Assembly (NCBI GenBank): GCA_963749075.1
Contig: CAVVLJ010000004.1
Coordinates: 1 to 64,000, forward strand
Direction: 5' to 3'
DNA: 64,000 nt
Source: an uncultured Pseudomonadota bacterium
GTDB taxonomy: Bacteria; Pseudomonadota; Alphaproteobacteria; JACZXZ01
This document shows, in pieces, positions 43,052 to 53,384 of the stretch (positions within the stretch are counted from its first letter, which is position 1; each line of letters starts with the position of its first letter). The notes under the pieces were generated by a model that worked only from the letters and a program-made list of their open reading frames with translations, made no database searches and was not told the origin of the DNA. The position numbers and the translations under genes were made by a program.

Positions 43052-43145
43052 TTTAGCGCGGGGGACGCAGAGGTTGCGCGGAGGCCGCCGGGGAAGAATT
43101 CTTCTCCGCGTCCTCTGCGCAATCCTCGGCGTCCTCTGCGCTAAA
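43052..43145. repeat. long imperfect palindrome (TTTAGCGC...GACGCAGAG / CTCTGCG...GCGCTAAA)
   Basis: Repeated CGCAGAG and CTCTGCG units in inverted arrangement. Confidence 0.7.
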
Positions 43146-43212
43146 GCAATCCTTTCGTTGTCGCGACTGGCTCCGTGATAGCGTCGTGGCGGTAGCGGAA
43201 GGGGTCAAGCCG

Positions 43213-44364
43213 ATGCGACACGAAAAGTTCACGATCGACGTGCCCGAGGCGGTGCTCGACGACCTCAAGCGCAGGCTCGACGCCACGCGCTGGCCGGACG
43301 AGATCGCCAACGGGGCGTGGGAGCGCGGCACCAATCTCGCCTATCTGAAGTCGCTCGCCGCCTATTGGCGCGAGGGCTACGAGTGGCGGCGCCACGAGGC
43401 CGCGCTCAACCGGCTGCCGCAATACCGCCTGGCGCTCGACGGCCTCAAGATCCACTTCGTCCACGTGCGCGGCAAGGGGCCGCGGCCGTTGCCGCTCGTC
43501 ATCAGCCATGGCTGGCCCGGCAGCTTCGTCGAGATGGCGAAGCTCATCCCGTTGCTCGCCGATCCGGCGGCCCACGGCGGCAGCGCCGAGGACGCCTTCG
43601 ACGTGGTGGTGCCGTCGCTTCCCGGCTACGGCTTCTCCGATCCGCCGCGCGAGCCGGGCATCAACCCCAACGCGATCGCGGCCCTCTGGGTGCGGCTGAT
43701 GTCAGCACTCGGCTATGAGCGCTTCGCGGCGCAAGGCGGCGACTGGGGTGCCGCCGTCACGACGGCGCTCGGGCTCGACCACCGGGAGCGCATCGTCGGC
43801 CTCCATCTCAACTTCATCGCCGGCCGCTTCCTCCTCGGCGGCACCATCAACGAGCCCGCGGAGGACGCGCTCGCCGCCGGCTATCTCGCCGAGCTGCGCC
43901 GCTGGTGGGACAGCGAGGGCGGCTACAACCACGAGCAATCGACCAAGCCGCAGACGCTCGCATACGCGCTCAACGATTCGCCGGTCGGGCTCGCCGCCTG
44001 GATCGTCGAGAAGTTCCGCACCTGGAGCGACTGCGGCGGCGAGGTGGAGCGCGCCTTCGGCCGCGACGAGCTCTTGACCAACGTGATGATCTACTGGGTG
44101 AGCGGCACGATCGCCTCCTCGATGCAGCTCTATTACGAGTCGCGCGAGCGACCGCTCCGCCTCTCGGCCAAGAACCGCGTGGCCCCGCCAGTGGCGCTAG
44201 CACTCTTCCCCAAGGAGATTCCCCTGCCGCCGAGAGCGCTCGCCGAGCGCGGCTACAATATCCGGCGCTGGACGGTCATGCCCAAGGGCGGCCACTTCGC
44301 CGCCATGGAGCAGCCCGAACTGCTGGCCGAGGACTTGCGCGCCTTCTTCCGGCCCTTGCGCTAG
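43213..44364 (+). CDS. epoxide hydrolase (EHN family)
   Basis: LDDLKRRL..TRWP, HGWPGS, PSLPGYGFS, QGGDWG, DSPVGLAAW, GGHFAAME. Confidence 0.95.
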   Translation: MRHEKFTIDVPEAVLDDLKRRLDATRWPDEIANGAWERGTNLAYLKSLAAYWREGYEWRRHEAALNRLPQYRLALDGLKIHFVHVRGKGPRPLPLVISHGWPGSFVEMAKLIPLLADPAAHGGSAEDAFDVVVPSLPGYGFSDPPREPGINPNAIAALWVRLMSALGYERFAAQGGDWGAAVTTALGLDHRERIVGLHLNFIAGRFLLGGTINEPAEDALAAGYLAELRRWWDSEGGYNHEQSTKPQTLAYALNDSPVGLAAWIVEKFRTWSDCGGEVERAFGRDELLTNVMIYWVSGTIASSMQLYYESRERPLRLSAKNRVAPPVALALFPKEIPLPPRALAERGYNIRRWTVMPKGGHFAAMEQPELLAEDLRAFFRPLR

Positions 44365-44546
44365 GACGAGCGCGGCCGGGCGGACGTGCCCCTCGTCACC
44401 AAAGCGGGTAGATGTGCTTCTCCTCGTCCTCTTTTTCTTTTTCGACTCTGCGCCGGCGCACGAGCCGGTTGAAGAGCGCGAAGCCGGCTCCCGCGGCGAT
44501 CAGGGCAAGCAAGATCCACAGCTCCACGGCCGCTCCTCCCTCGGCT

Positions 44547-45770
44547 TTATCGCGGCGCCGGCATATTGCGCGCCGCGGCGGCCTGCACCGCCGCCTCGAC
44601 CGCCGGCAGCATGGCAGCGCTCACCACGGCGTTGCCCGCCTCGGTCAAATGGCAATAGTCAACATAGACGGGGGCGGCCTCATCGTCAAAAAGCCCGGAG
44701 AGGTCGACGGCGTCCTCAGCGCCCGCGAGGTCGGGGTGGCGGCGGAATTCGGAGGCGAGGGCCGCAGAGAGCCGCCGGCGCAGGGCGACGTCGCGCGAGC
44801 CGGTGCCTTCCCATCTTTCCTCGTCCCGGGATTTGACCTTCTTGGTAGGCAGCATCGGCTGCCAGACGAAGACCGCGCGGAAGCCGTGCACCTGCGCGAG
44901 GAGGCGCACCGCGCGGACATTCGCCGCATAGGCGTCCATCACCGCGCGCGCGAGCGGTGCAATCGCTTCCTCCGTGAGCCGCACGGGAGAGGGCCGCGGC
45001 GCCGAGGCGGGAAGGTCGAGCCCGACCCATTGGCGCAAGAGCCGCAGAGTGCGCGGCATCGCGGCGGCGAGTGCTGCGCGCGCGAGATCGCCGCGCCGCT
45101 CCTTGCTCAGCAAGGCGAACTCCGCGGCGAGGATTTCCTCGCCCATCATCGCGTCGGGCCGGCCCGTCTTTTCGGCGGTGTACATGTCGTTGACGCCGTC
45201 GTAGAAGACGGCGACATGGGGCCGCACCCCGTGCTTCAGCAATTGCTGGAGCGCTATCAGCTCTTGCGTGCTGACGTAACCGCATTGCCCTTGGTTGACG
45301 AGTGCCACGCGGTAGCCGGCCTTGCCAAGCTCTCGTTGGAGGAGGGCCGGAATGGTCCCTTGGTCGCGCGCCCCCTGGCCGAAGATGGTGGAGCCGCCGA
45401 AGCAGTGAACGCGGATCGCGTCCTCGCCTTCGGCGGCCGTGCCGGGGATCACCCGCCGTCCCTGCGCATCGATGTTGAGGGTGCTGCCGCGGTACGGCCG
45501 GTGCCGCCAATTCACGAAGGGAGCCCAGTCGAGGTGGTAGGACTTCTCCCATTCCGCAATGCAGAGCGGCGCCCAAGGTGCGCCGTCATAGGCTTCGGCG
45601 ACGGCGCCCAGGTTGGGCTTCCCGGCGCGCCCATAGCGCAGGCGGCGGCTCAAGCGCTGGAGTCCGCTCACGCCGAATTCTATGAAGAGAACCGCCAGCA
45701 GGAGAATGCCGGCCACATTCCATAGCGCGCTCAAGATGCGCAACGCAAATGCCCACGTCATGGCAGTCAT
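44547..45770 (-). CDS. membrane-anchored SGNH/GDSL hydrolase family protein
   Basis: N-terminal TM, FGGSTIFG, YDGVND, DYCH (DxxH). Confidence 0.8.
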   Translation of the reverse strand: MTAMTWAFALRILSALWNVAGILLLAVLFIEFGVSGLQRLSRRLRYGRAGKPNLGAVAEAYDGAPWAPLCIAEWEKSYHLDWAPFVNWRHRPYRGSTLNIDAQGRRVIPGTAAEGEDAIRVHCFGGSTIFGQGARDQGTIPALLQRELGKAGYRVALVNQGQCGYVSTQELIALQQLLKHGVRPHVAVFYDGVNDMYTAEKTGRPDAMMGEEILAAEFALLSKERRGDLARAALAAAMPRTLRLLRQWVGLDLPASAPRPSPVRLTEEAIAPLARAVMDAYAANVRAVRLLAQVHGFRAVFVWQPMLPTKKVKSRDEERWEGTGSRDVALRRRLSAALASEFRRHPDLAGAEDAVDLSGLFDDEAAPVYVDYCHLTEAGNAVVSAAMLPAVEAAVQAAAARNMPAPR

Positions 45771-45919
45771 CCACTTGCAGCGTGCCCCCCTCGCGGGCGC
45801 AACCAGCTATGCGAAGACGGCGGGCCTAGGGCCTGAGGCCGTCGGCTCAGTCAGGCAATACTACTCGGAAAGCCGGAATCCGGAGGAGCGAAGGGTTGCG
45901 GAGGTCCCGGCCGGGCGCA

Positions 45920-47275
45920 TCAGGCCCCGGCCACGGTCATTTCGGCGATGCGCAGGGTCGGCGCATTGGCGCCATAGCGGAAGACGAGGTCGTCGGCCGC
46001 GGTTAGCGCGAGGAACATGTCCTTGAGGTTGCCCGCGATGGTGATCTCGGAGACCGGGTAGGCGAGCTCGCCGTCCTCGATCCAGAAGCCGGCAGCACCC
46101 CGGCTGTAGTCGCCGGTGACGCCGTTCACCCCGAAGCCGATGAGCTCGGTCACATAGAGGCCGCGGCCCGTCTCCTTGATGAGGGCTTGGGGCGAGAGGC
46201 TGCCGGGCTCGAGGTAGAGGTTGCTCGGCGCCGGCTCGGGCGGGGAGGAGGTGCCGCGCGCGGCGTGGCCGGTGGTCTCGAGCTTGAGCTGGCGTGCCGA
46301 GCGCAGATCGAGGAGCCAGCTCTTGAGCACGCCGTCCTCCACGAGATGGCGCTCCTTAGCCGCGATGCCCTCGCCGTCGAAGGGCCGCGAGCGCAGGCCC
46401 CGCGCGCGCAAGGGGTCGTCGGTCACGCGCATGCCGGGGGGCAGGATGCGCGCGTTGAGCTTGTCCTTGAGGAAGCTCGTGCCGCGCGCGATCGCGGTGC
46501 CGTTGATGGCCGAGCCGAGGTGGCCCAGGAGCCCGTTCGAGACACGCGGGTCGTAGATGACCGGCGCCTTGGTCGTCTTGAGCTTGCGCGGATTGAGCCG
46601 CCTCACCGCCTTTTCGCCGGCGCGCCGGCCCACGGCCTCGGGCGCTTCGAGATCCGCGCCGAAAACGGCCGAGGAGAAATCATAGTCGCGCTCCATCGCC
46701 GTGCCCTCGCCGGCGATCACCGCGACGCCGAGCCCGTGGTTCGAGCGCCGGTAGCTGCCGGCGAAGCCGTTGCTGGCGGCAAGTGCCATGCGCGTGCGCG
46801 ACCAGCCGGCTTCCGAGCCCTCGGAATTGGTGATGCCTGCTACCGCGCGCGCCGCTTCCTCGCAAGTTCGCGCGCGGGCGATCAGGGTCTCGGGCGGCGG
46901 CTCGGCATCGTCGCAGATGTCGAGCGCGGGGATGTCGCGGAGGACGCGCTCCTCGGGTGCCAGGCCGCAGAAGGGGTCCTCGGGCACCGCGCGCGCCATG
47001 GCGATGGCGCGCTCCACGAGCGCGCAGAGGGTGCCTTCGTCCTGGTCGCTCGAGGAAACGCACGCCTGGCGCCGGCCGATGAAGACGCGCAGGCCGAGAT
47101 CGCGGCTCTCGGCGCGCTCGAGCTTCTCGACGTTGCCGAGGCGCTGGGCGTGGCTGAGCGAGGCGCTCTCGACGTAGAGCGCATCGGCCGCATCGGCGCC
47201 CGCTCGTTTCGCCTTGGCGAGGAGGGTCGAGAGCAGGTCGAGGGCCTTTTCTGCGTCACGGTCGGCGGGGGGCAT
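45920..47275 (-). CDS. pmbA: TldE/PmbA metalloprotease subunit
   Basis: ITNSEG, MERDYDF, SRPFDGEG, TGDYSRGAAG, EITIAGNL. Confidence 0.93.
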   Translation of the reverse strand: MPPADRDAEKALDLLSTLLAKAKRAGADAADALYVESASLSHAQRLGNVEKLERAESRDLGLRVFIGRRQACVSSSDQDEGTLCALVERAIAMARAVPEDPFCGLAPEERVLRDIPALDICDDAEPPPETLIARARTCEEAARAVAGITNSEGSEAGWSRTRMALAASNGFAGSYRRSNHGLGVAVIAGEGTAMERDYDFSSAVFGADLEAPEAVGRRAGEKAVRRLNPRKLKTTKAPVIYDPRVSNGLLGHLGSAINGTAIARGTSFLKDKLNARILPPGMRVTDDPLRARGLRSRPFDGEGIAAKERHLVEDGVLKSWLLDLRSARQLKLETTGHAARGTSSPPEPAPSNLYLEPGSLSPQALIKETGRGLYVTELIGFGVNGVTGDYSRGAAGFWIEDGELAYPVSEITIAGNLKDMFLALTAADDLVFRYGANAPTLRIAEMTVAGA

Positions 47276-47363
47276 GGCGGGCTCCAGACTAAATGCTGCT
47301 CTTATATGGTGTGACCGCTGGCAGCTGTCATGGGTCCGATCTCAAGAGCGCCGCGCAGGTAAG

Positions 47364-47480
47364 CCTCATCCTTCGAGACGGGCCTTCGGCCCACCTCAGG
47401 ATGAGGACCGTCGTTTTCGTGTTTCGCCCCCGGGACGAAGTGCCCGGGGGAGCGTCGCGGCAGCGACGAGTCTCGAAGGA
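47364..47480. repeat. REP-like element, same family as 24306-24473
   Basis: CCTCATCCTTCGAGACG...CCTCAGGATGAGG ... GTCTCGAAGGA. Confidence 0.75.
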
Positions 47481-47513
47481 AGGGGCGAAACGGATGCGCC
47501 GCCCGCCAGCTTG

Positions 47514-47848
47514 TCACTTCCAGATCGGCTTGCCCGAGCCGGGGAGGCCGAGGCTCGGCCATTTCCGCGTGACCTCCTCGATGACCGCGTCCGTCATGCG
47601 GATCTTGCGGCCCCAGGTTCTGCTCGTCTCGGGCGGCCATTTGTTGGTGGCATCGAGGCCGATCTTGGAGCCGAGGCCAGACAGCGGCGAGGCGAAGTCG
47701 AGATAGTCGATCGGCGTGTTCTCGACGATGGTCACGTCGCGCGCCGGGTCCATGCGCGTGGCGATGGCCCACATGACGTCCTTCCAGTCGCGCGCGTCGA
47801 TGTCGTCGTCCACCACCACGACCCATTTCGTGTACATGAACTGGCGCA
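47514..47848 (-). pseudogene. displaced duplicate of the ubiD 3' end (about 110 codons)
   Basis: 335 bp with 13 mismatches (hand count) against 50069-50403; same stop. Confidence 0.93.
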
Positions 47849-48462
47849 AGAGCGAGGGCTTTATCACGGTTCACCAAGCCATCGGTGACCTGCCGCCGGT
47901 TGAACCCGGTGGTTACGCAACCCGCTATACGCTGATGCCCATAGGCCAATACCAAGAGGCGATGCGCTTCGGTGCCCCCTCCGAGCTTGGGAACCATTAC
48001 GCGCCTCGCCTAGCACCGCAAAACCTAGAACGCATCCGCTATCTCAAACCCGGCGACGACTGGCGGACGTTGCCGCGCGAACTGCTGCCTTCCGGCATGC
48101 AGCGGGCGCTCCGGAAGGATCACACACGCCGCTTCCGGCGGATGGAGTGGGATGGCATTGCCCGGTCGATCATCACGCGTTTCCGCGACCCAAAATCTGG
48201 CGAATATATCCACCCCGAACAACATCGCACAATTTCGATCAGGGAGGCGGCGCGCATTCAATCGTTCCCCGACTGGTTCGTATTCCAAGCCAGCAACTCC
48301 GAGCAATATGAACAGATTGGCAATGCCGTACCGCCTTTGCTTGCGAAGGCCGTTGGGGTCGAACTGAAAGAAATGCTCAATTCAGAACAGCCGGAACGCC
48401 GCGAGGCCGTGAAATGCCGCTACCGCATCCCCGCAGGGCCAGTCATGCAAGTGGCGGAGTAA
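47849..48462 (+). pseudogene. C5 DNA cytosine methyltransferase, C-terminal part only
   Basis: [33 protein letters not shown] (motif IX), QIGNAVPP (motif X); motifs I-VIII absent. Confidence 0.88.
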
Positions 48463-48466
48463 TTTT

Positions 48467-49589
48467 TTGGCCAAGACGAAGGTCCGAGCCCGGCATGGTA
48501 ACTATGTCAGCGAATGGTTCGGCCATCGAGTTCTATCCAATTGTTGTCTCCACAGCAGAATCATTGGACGACCAGCGGAACGAGCGATGCCCTTTTCTGA
48601 GTCAAGCAACGGGCTTAGACCGTAGTTGCATCAAGAGCGAGGCGTCGAAGGGTGTCTGTACCATCAACAGCGTCAGCAACGGGATTCGTCAAGACTGGCT
48701 TGTCTGCCCCTATCGCGCGCTCAACCCTGCGCTCGTTGGAAGCGCAGTGAAGCGACTCTTCGGCCTATCCAACTCTAGCACGCCACGGATGCTGCCGGCC
48801 GTTAACCTCGAAAAGGAGGACGAGCGGAGTGACGTTGCGCGTCGACTGGCGGCCCACGAATTGGTGTTTATCTATTTCGATTCCAAGCTTGGCGGAGAAC
48901 TGTCGATTCCGCAGACAGCGCGTTCGCCGGAGTTTTCATTCGACATGACGATCGTCGAACTGGTTCAAGTTGGCGACGTTCCACACATCGGTCGTTTCGG
49001 CATCCTGGAAATTCAAACAATGGATTTCCACGGCTCCTACAGGGCGGCGGTGCGCAATCTGCGAGAGGGCCTGCGAATGCACGGCGATCGCTTCGGAACC
49101 ACGTTAAAAGAGTACCAACACTGGCTAGGCGAAGGAGTAGAAGGACCGAACATCGCCAATGTCTTCAAGCGGACTTTCTATCAAATGATGTTCAAATTTC
49201 AGCTTGGGCAGCATAACCGCTGCGCCGGTTGCGTACTGGCGGTTCCTCAGTCGGTGTGGGATAGCTGGCAAAAGCATCTTGGTCAGCCAGAATTAACACC
49301 GGAACTCGACGGCACTTTCAGCCTGCTCACGCCGGAGCACCGGCCGGCCGACGGATTTCCGGCTTGGATTTTCGTGTTCGACACAGCTCCCGAAGAGGGA
49401 GTCACACCAAGTCAGATCACCCTTGCAAAGATGATTGGCACGGACGCACCCGCCATGTCTTATTGGGCTTTGGAGGTTGCGCCGAAAGCCGCACTGTCGA
49501 ACATTAGCTCAGAGGTCGGGCTACTTGCTGCTCTGGCGCGTCGGCTTAAGCCAATCTGGCCGGAGCTCGCCGACACAGTTACGCTTTGA
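48467..49589 (+). CDS. NotI-family restriction endonuclease (Cys4 motif; +1 indel at ~48531)
   Basis: TTG start with GGAG RBS, VSEWFGHR[fs]YP, CPF...CIK...GVC...CPYR, LEIQTMDFHGSY, PNIANVFKR. Confidence 0.8.
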
Positions 49590-50004
49590 CCGAGTGCGTC
49601 CGGATAGCGTCGGCTAAACTTTTCAAGATGCCCGAGTCCTTGGTCTGGCACTCCCAGATCGCGAGAATCGACCAGCCTAGCGCGGTTAGTCGGGCACGGT
49701 TCTTTGTGTCGCGTTCCCGATTGCGGGCCAATTTCGGAGACCAATATGCCGCGTTGCTTTTCACGACCCGCGCGCCATGCCGGCAATACGGGCAGCCATG
49801 CCAGAAACAGCCGTGAACGAAGACCGCAACTTTCCGAGATGGGAAGACGATGTCGGGGCAGCCGGGAAGATCACGCCGATGCAGTCGGAATCGCAGTCCA
49901 GTCCCGTGAAGATAGCGGCGGACACGCAATTCCGGTTGTGTATCCCGGCTGCGGATGGCGGCCATATTTCGACCGCGCTGATCGGGCGTGACAGTGTCGG
50001 GCAT
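49579..50004 (-). CDS. vsr: very short patch repair endonuclease
   Basis: MPD...RNMAAIRSRDTQPE, LPGCPDIV, FVHGCFWH, IWECQ. Confidence 0.95.
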   Translation of the reverse strand: MPDTVTPDQRGRNMAAIRSRDTQPELRVRRYLHGTGLRFRLHRRDLPGCPDIVFPSRKVAVFVHGCFWHGCPYCRHGARVVKSNAAYWSPKLARNRERDTKNRARLTALGWSILAIWECQTKDSGILKSLADAIRTHSVKA

Positions 50005-50068
50005 GGCTCCGGCGTATAGGCCAAAAAGGTCAATCGACATAATGCGCGGGCGACCTGGCGCGATACCC

Positions 50069-51577
50069 TCACTTCCAGATCGGCTTGCCCGAGCCGGGGA
50101 GGCCGAGGCTCGGCCATTTCCGCGTGACCTCCTCGATGATCGCGTCGCTCATGCGGATCTTGCGGCCCCAGGTCCGGCTCGTCTCGGGGGGCCATTTGTT
50201 GGTGGCGTCGAGCCCGATCTTGGAGCCCAGGCCCGATTGCGGCGAGGCGAAGTCGAGATAGTCGATCGGCGTGTTCTCGACGATGGTCACGTCGCGCGCC
50301 GGGTCCATGCGCGTGGCGACGGCCCACATGACGTCCTTCCAGTCGCGCGCGTCGATGTCGTCGTCCACCACCACGACCCATTTCGTGTACATGAACTGGC
50401 GCAGGTACGACCACACCCCCATCATCACCCGCTTGGCGTGGCCGGCGTAGGCCTTGCGCATCGAGACCACCGCGATGCGGTAGGAGCAGCCCTCGGGCGG
50501 CAGCCAGAAATCGACGATCTCGGGGAACTGCTGCTGGAGGAGCGGGATGAAGACCTCGTTGAGCGCTGCGCCCAGGACCGAGGGCTCGTCGGGCGGCCGG
50601 CCGGTGAAGGTCGAGAGATAGATGGGCTCCTGCCGCATGGTGATGGCGCTCACGGTGAAGACGGGGAAGCGCTCGACCGCGTTGTAATAGCCGGTGTGGT
50701 CGCCGTAGGGGCCCTCCTCGCCGTAATCCTCGCGCGAGACGTGGCCCTCGAGCACGATCTCGGCCGCGGCCGGCACCTTGAGCGGTACGGTGCGGCAGGG
50801 CACGAGCTCGACCTTCTGCCCGCGCAGCAGGCCCGCGAACTGGTACTCGCTCAAGGTGTCGGGGACCGGCGTCACGGCGGCGAGGATGGTGCCCGGATCG
50901 GCGCCGATGACGGCGGCGGCGGGGAACGGCTCCGCCCGCTCGGCCGTCCAGCGTGCGTGGTGCTGCGCGCCGCCGCGCTGCTTGAGCCAGCGCATGAGGG
51001 TGGTGTTGCGACCGGTTACCTGCATGCGGTAGATGCCGAGATTGTAATCGTCCTCGCGGCGCGTGCCCGGCCCCTTGGTCACCACGAGCGGCCAGGTGAT
51101 GAGCGGCGCCGGCTCGCCCGGCCAGCAGGTCTGCACGGGGAGGAGCGCGAGGTCGACGGACGAGCCCTCGAGCACCTCCTCCTGGCAGGGCGCCTTGGCC
51201 ACGGTGCGCGGCTTCATCGCCATCACCTTCCTGAGGAGCGGCAGGAGCTCGAGGGCCTCGCGCCAGCCGCCCGGCGGCTCGGGCTGGCGCAGGAAGGCGA
51301 GCGTCTCGCCGACTTCGCGCAAACCCCCGGGCTCGCGGTCCATGCCCCAGGCGACGCGCTCGACCGTGCCGAAGAGGTTGACGAGCACCGGCATGGCGTG
51401 GCGCTGCCCGTCGGGACGCAGCACGTGCTCGAAGAGTGCCGCGGGTCCGCCCTCGGCCAGGAGGCGCGTCTGGATCTCGGTCATCTCGAGGACGGGGGAG
51501 ACGGGTGCTGCCACGCGCGCGAGCCGACCGGCACCCTCGAGCCGGGCCATGAAGTCGCGGAGCGAGCCATAGGGCAT
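50069..51577 (-). CDS. ubiD: UbiD family decarboxylase
   Basis: [45 protein letters not shown]. Confidence 0.95.
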   Translation of the reverse strand: MPYGSLRDFMARLEGAGRLARVAAPVSPVLEMTEIQTRLLAEGGPAALFEHVLRPDGQRHAMPVLVNLFGTVERVAWGMDREPGGLREVGETLAFLRQPEPPGGWREALELLPLLRKVMAMKPRTVAKAPCQEEVLEGSSVDLALLPVQTCWPGEPAPLITWPLVVTKGPGTRREDDYNLGIYRMQVTGRNTTLMRWLKQRGGAQHHARWTAERAEPFPAAAVIGADPGTILAAVTPVPDTLSEYQFAGLLRGQKVELVPCRTVPLKVPAAAEIVLEGHVSREDYGEEGPYGDHTGYYNAVERFPVFTVSAITMRQEPIYLSTFTGRPPDEPSVLGAALNEVFIPLLQQQFPEIVDFWLPPEGCSYRIAVVSMRKAYAGHAKRVMMGVWSYLRQFMYTKWVVVVDDDIDARDWKDVMWAVATRMDPARDVTIVENTPIDYLDFASPQSGLGSKIGLDATNKWPPETSRTWGRKIRMSDAIIEEVTRKWPSLGLPGSGKPIWK

Positions 51578-51833
51578 GGGCGCCGGACTATGCGCGCTCG
51601 GCGGGGAGCATGACGGCGACGAGCGCGAAGATACCGTCTCCCGAGAATGCCATCGCTGCCAGCGCCTCCCCGCGGCGCCGCCCGTGGCGGCGTCCAAGTT
51701 GCGGCGCGAGGATACCCCAGGACCTCCATCTTGTCGCCCGCCGCCGAGCGATCGGCCGGCCGCAAAGCAATGGCCTCTGCCCTCGGAAAGGGGCAGGATT
51801 GTCTCCTTGCCGGCCTAAGCGCGGGAGGGGAAC

Positions 51834-52322
51834 ATGCCGTCACGAAGAGCTCTTTGCGCCGCCGCGGTGCTCGCCTGCCTCGCGGGGACGGCGCTCGCGG
51901 CGGACTCCGGACTGGTGCGCTTCCCCACGGGCTATCGGCACTGGTACCTCGACCATTCGAGCGCCACGCTTCCTGGCCACACGCCCGAGAACGAGGTCGG
52001 CATCGCCAACGTCTATGCCAATGCCCTGGCGCTCAAGGGCCTAGAGAGCGGCAAGTACGCCGATGGCTCGGTCTTCGTCATCGACCGCTTCGAGCTCGTC
52101 GAGGACAGCGCCAACAAGACCCTCACGGAAGGCGCGCGCAAGGCGCTGGTGGTCATGCAGCGCGACCAGAAGCGCCACAAGGACACCGGCGGCTGGGGCT
52201 TCGAGGCCTTCATCGGCGGCGACCCGACGAAGCGGGTGGTGACGGACGGCGGCAAGTTCTGCTTCACCTGCCATGCCCCGCTCGCCGCCAACAGCTACCT
52301 CTTCACCAAGCTGCATCCGTGA
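51834..52322 (+). CDS. cytochrome P460-family protein (c'-beta-like)
   Basis: Signal peptide, FPTGYRHW, VYAN, DGSVFVID, GGWGFEAF, C-terminal CFTCH. Confidence 0.85.
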   Translation: MPSRRALCAAAVLACLAGTALAADSGLVRFPTGYRHWYLDHSSATLPGHTPENEVGIANVYANALALKGLESGKYADGSVFVIDRFELVEDSANKTLTEGARKALVVMQRDQKRHKDTGGWGFEAFIGGDPTKRVVTDGGKFCFTCHAPLAANSYLFTKLHP

Positions 52323-52503
52323 GCGGGGCGGGCCGGAAAATGAACGCGCTGGTTTCAACGCACAATGCAACATCCGCCGTCATTCCCGCGCTCCCGACAG
52401 AAGTGGACACCGCGCCGAGGGCGAAGCCCTTGCCCTGACGCGCCGAGCCCGGTGATGCCAGCGATAGGGCCGACTTTAAACTCCTTCCATTGCGCTTGTG
52501 GGC

Positions 52504-52532
52504 TTGCTATGGTATGGCAAATTTGCCATAAT
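52504..52532 (+). promoter_or_regulatory. sigma70-like promoter with palindromic operator for TA module 1
   Basis: TTGCTA-17-CATAAT; perfect palindrome TATGGCAAATTTGCCATA at 52513-52530. Confidence 0.75.
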
Positions 52533-52539
52533 TCCCGCG

Positions 52540-52941
52540 ATGACGAAGCCCGAAGGGCCAAGCCGCGCCAGGGAGACGAGGCAGCCAGACCCGGCGCCGG
52601 CTCGACCGGTCGTCTGGATCGCCAGCAGCAAGGACGACCTTAGGAAGTTGCCGCGCGAGGTGAGGATTTCCTTCGGCTTCAGGCTCCATGAATTGCAGCA
52701 GGGCAAGACTCCGCTCGACATGAAGCCGCTGCCTCAGCTCGGACGGGGCGTTTGTGAGCTGCGGGAGAGCTTTGAGCGGAACGCCTATCGGTTGATGTAC
52801 GTCGTGAATCTGACGAAGGCGCTCTACGTGCTGCACGCCTTCATGAAGAAATCCAAGTCCGGGATCGGCCTGCCGAAGCCGGACGCCGAGTTGATCGCCG
52901 TGCGCCTGCGGCGCGCGCAGGAGTTAGATGCGGAGGACTGA
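52540..52941 (+). CDS. RelE/HigB-like toxin (Gp49/DUF891 type)
   Basis: VVWIASSKDDL, GVCELRE, AYRLMY, LYVLHAFMKKS. Confidence 0.88.
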   Translation: MTKPEGPSRARETRQPDPAPARPVVWIASSKDDLRKLPREVRISFGFRLHELQQGKTPLDMKPLPQLGRGVCELRESFERNAYRLMYVVNLTKALYVLHAFMKKSKSGIGLPKPDAELIAVRLRRAQELDAED

Positions 52942-52943
52942 AC

Positions 52944-53279
52944 ATGGCCAAAATTCCCTTTGAGAAAAGCAGCGGCAACGTGTTTGCCGATATCGGATTC
53001 TCGCCGGCCGAGGCGGCGGAACTCGCCGCCAAAAGCAGCTTGATCATTGCCATCAAGGACGCCATCGAGCTGCGCAAGCTGACGCAGCAGGAGGCGGCAC
53101 GGCTCTGCGGGACGGATCAGCCCACGCTTTCCAAGCTATTTCGGGGCCGCATAGGGAGCGTCACCATCGATCGGCTTGCGAGCTGGCTTAACTCGCTTGG
53201 CCGGGATGTGGAGATCATCGTCAAACCGACGTCGCGCCCGCATCGCCAAGGACGCTTGCGCGTGACTGAAGCGGCATAA
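52944..53279 (+). CDS. XRE/HTH antitoxin (HigA-like)
   Basis: SSGNVFADIG, LTQQEAARLCGTDQPTLSKL, TIDRL. Confidence 0.88.
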   Translation: MAKIPFEKSSGNVFADIGFSPAEAAELAAKSSLIIAIKDAIELRKLTQQEAARLCGTDQPTLSKLFRGRIGSVTIDRLASWLNSLGRDVEIIVKPTSRPHRQGRLRVTEAA

Positions 53280-53384
53280 ACCGTGCCGGTGAACGGACGC
53301 CATGACAAGAATTTTTCTTCGAAATAGCAACATTGAAGTGGTGCCACCGATGGGGTCCACTTCACCCTCAGGTGCATCCAATGA

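Larger units (their letters stand above)
47849..50068. mobile_element. restriction-modification/Vsr islet inserted at ubiD (no integrase seen)
   Basis: Lower-GC block bounded by direct copies of the ubiD 3' end. Confidence 0.65.

Noticed and set aside
47514-50403. ubiD repeat as a diversity-generating retroelement TR/VR pair
   Set aside because: Mismatches are not adenine-specific, many are synonymous, and there is no reverse transcriptase.
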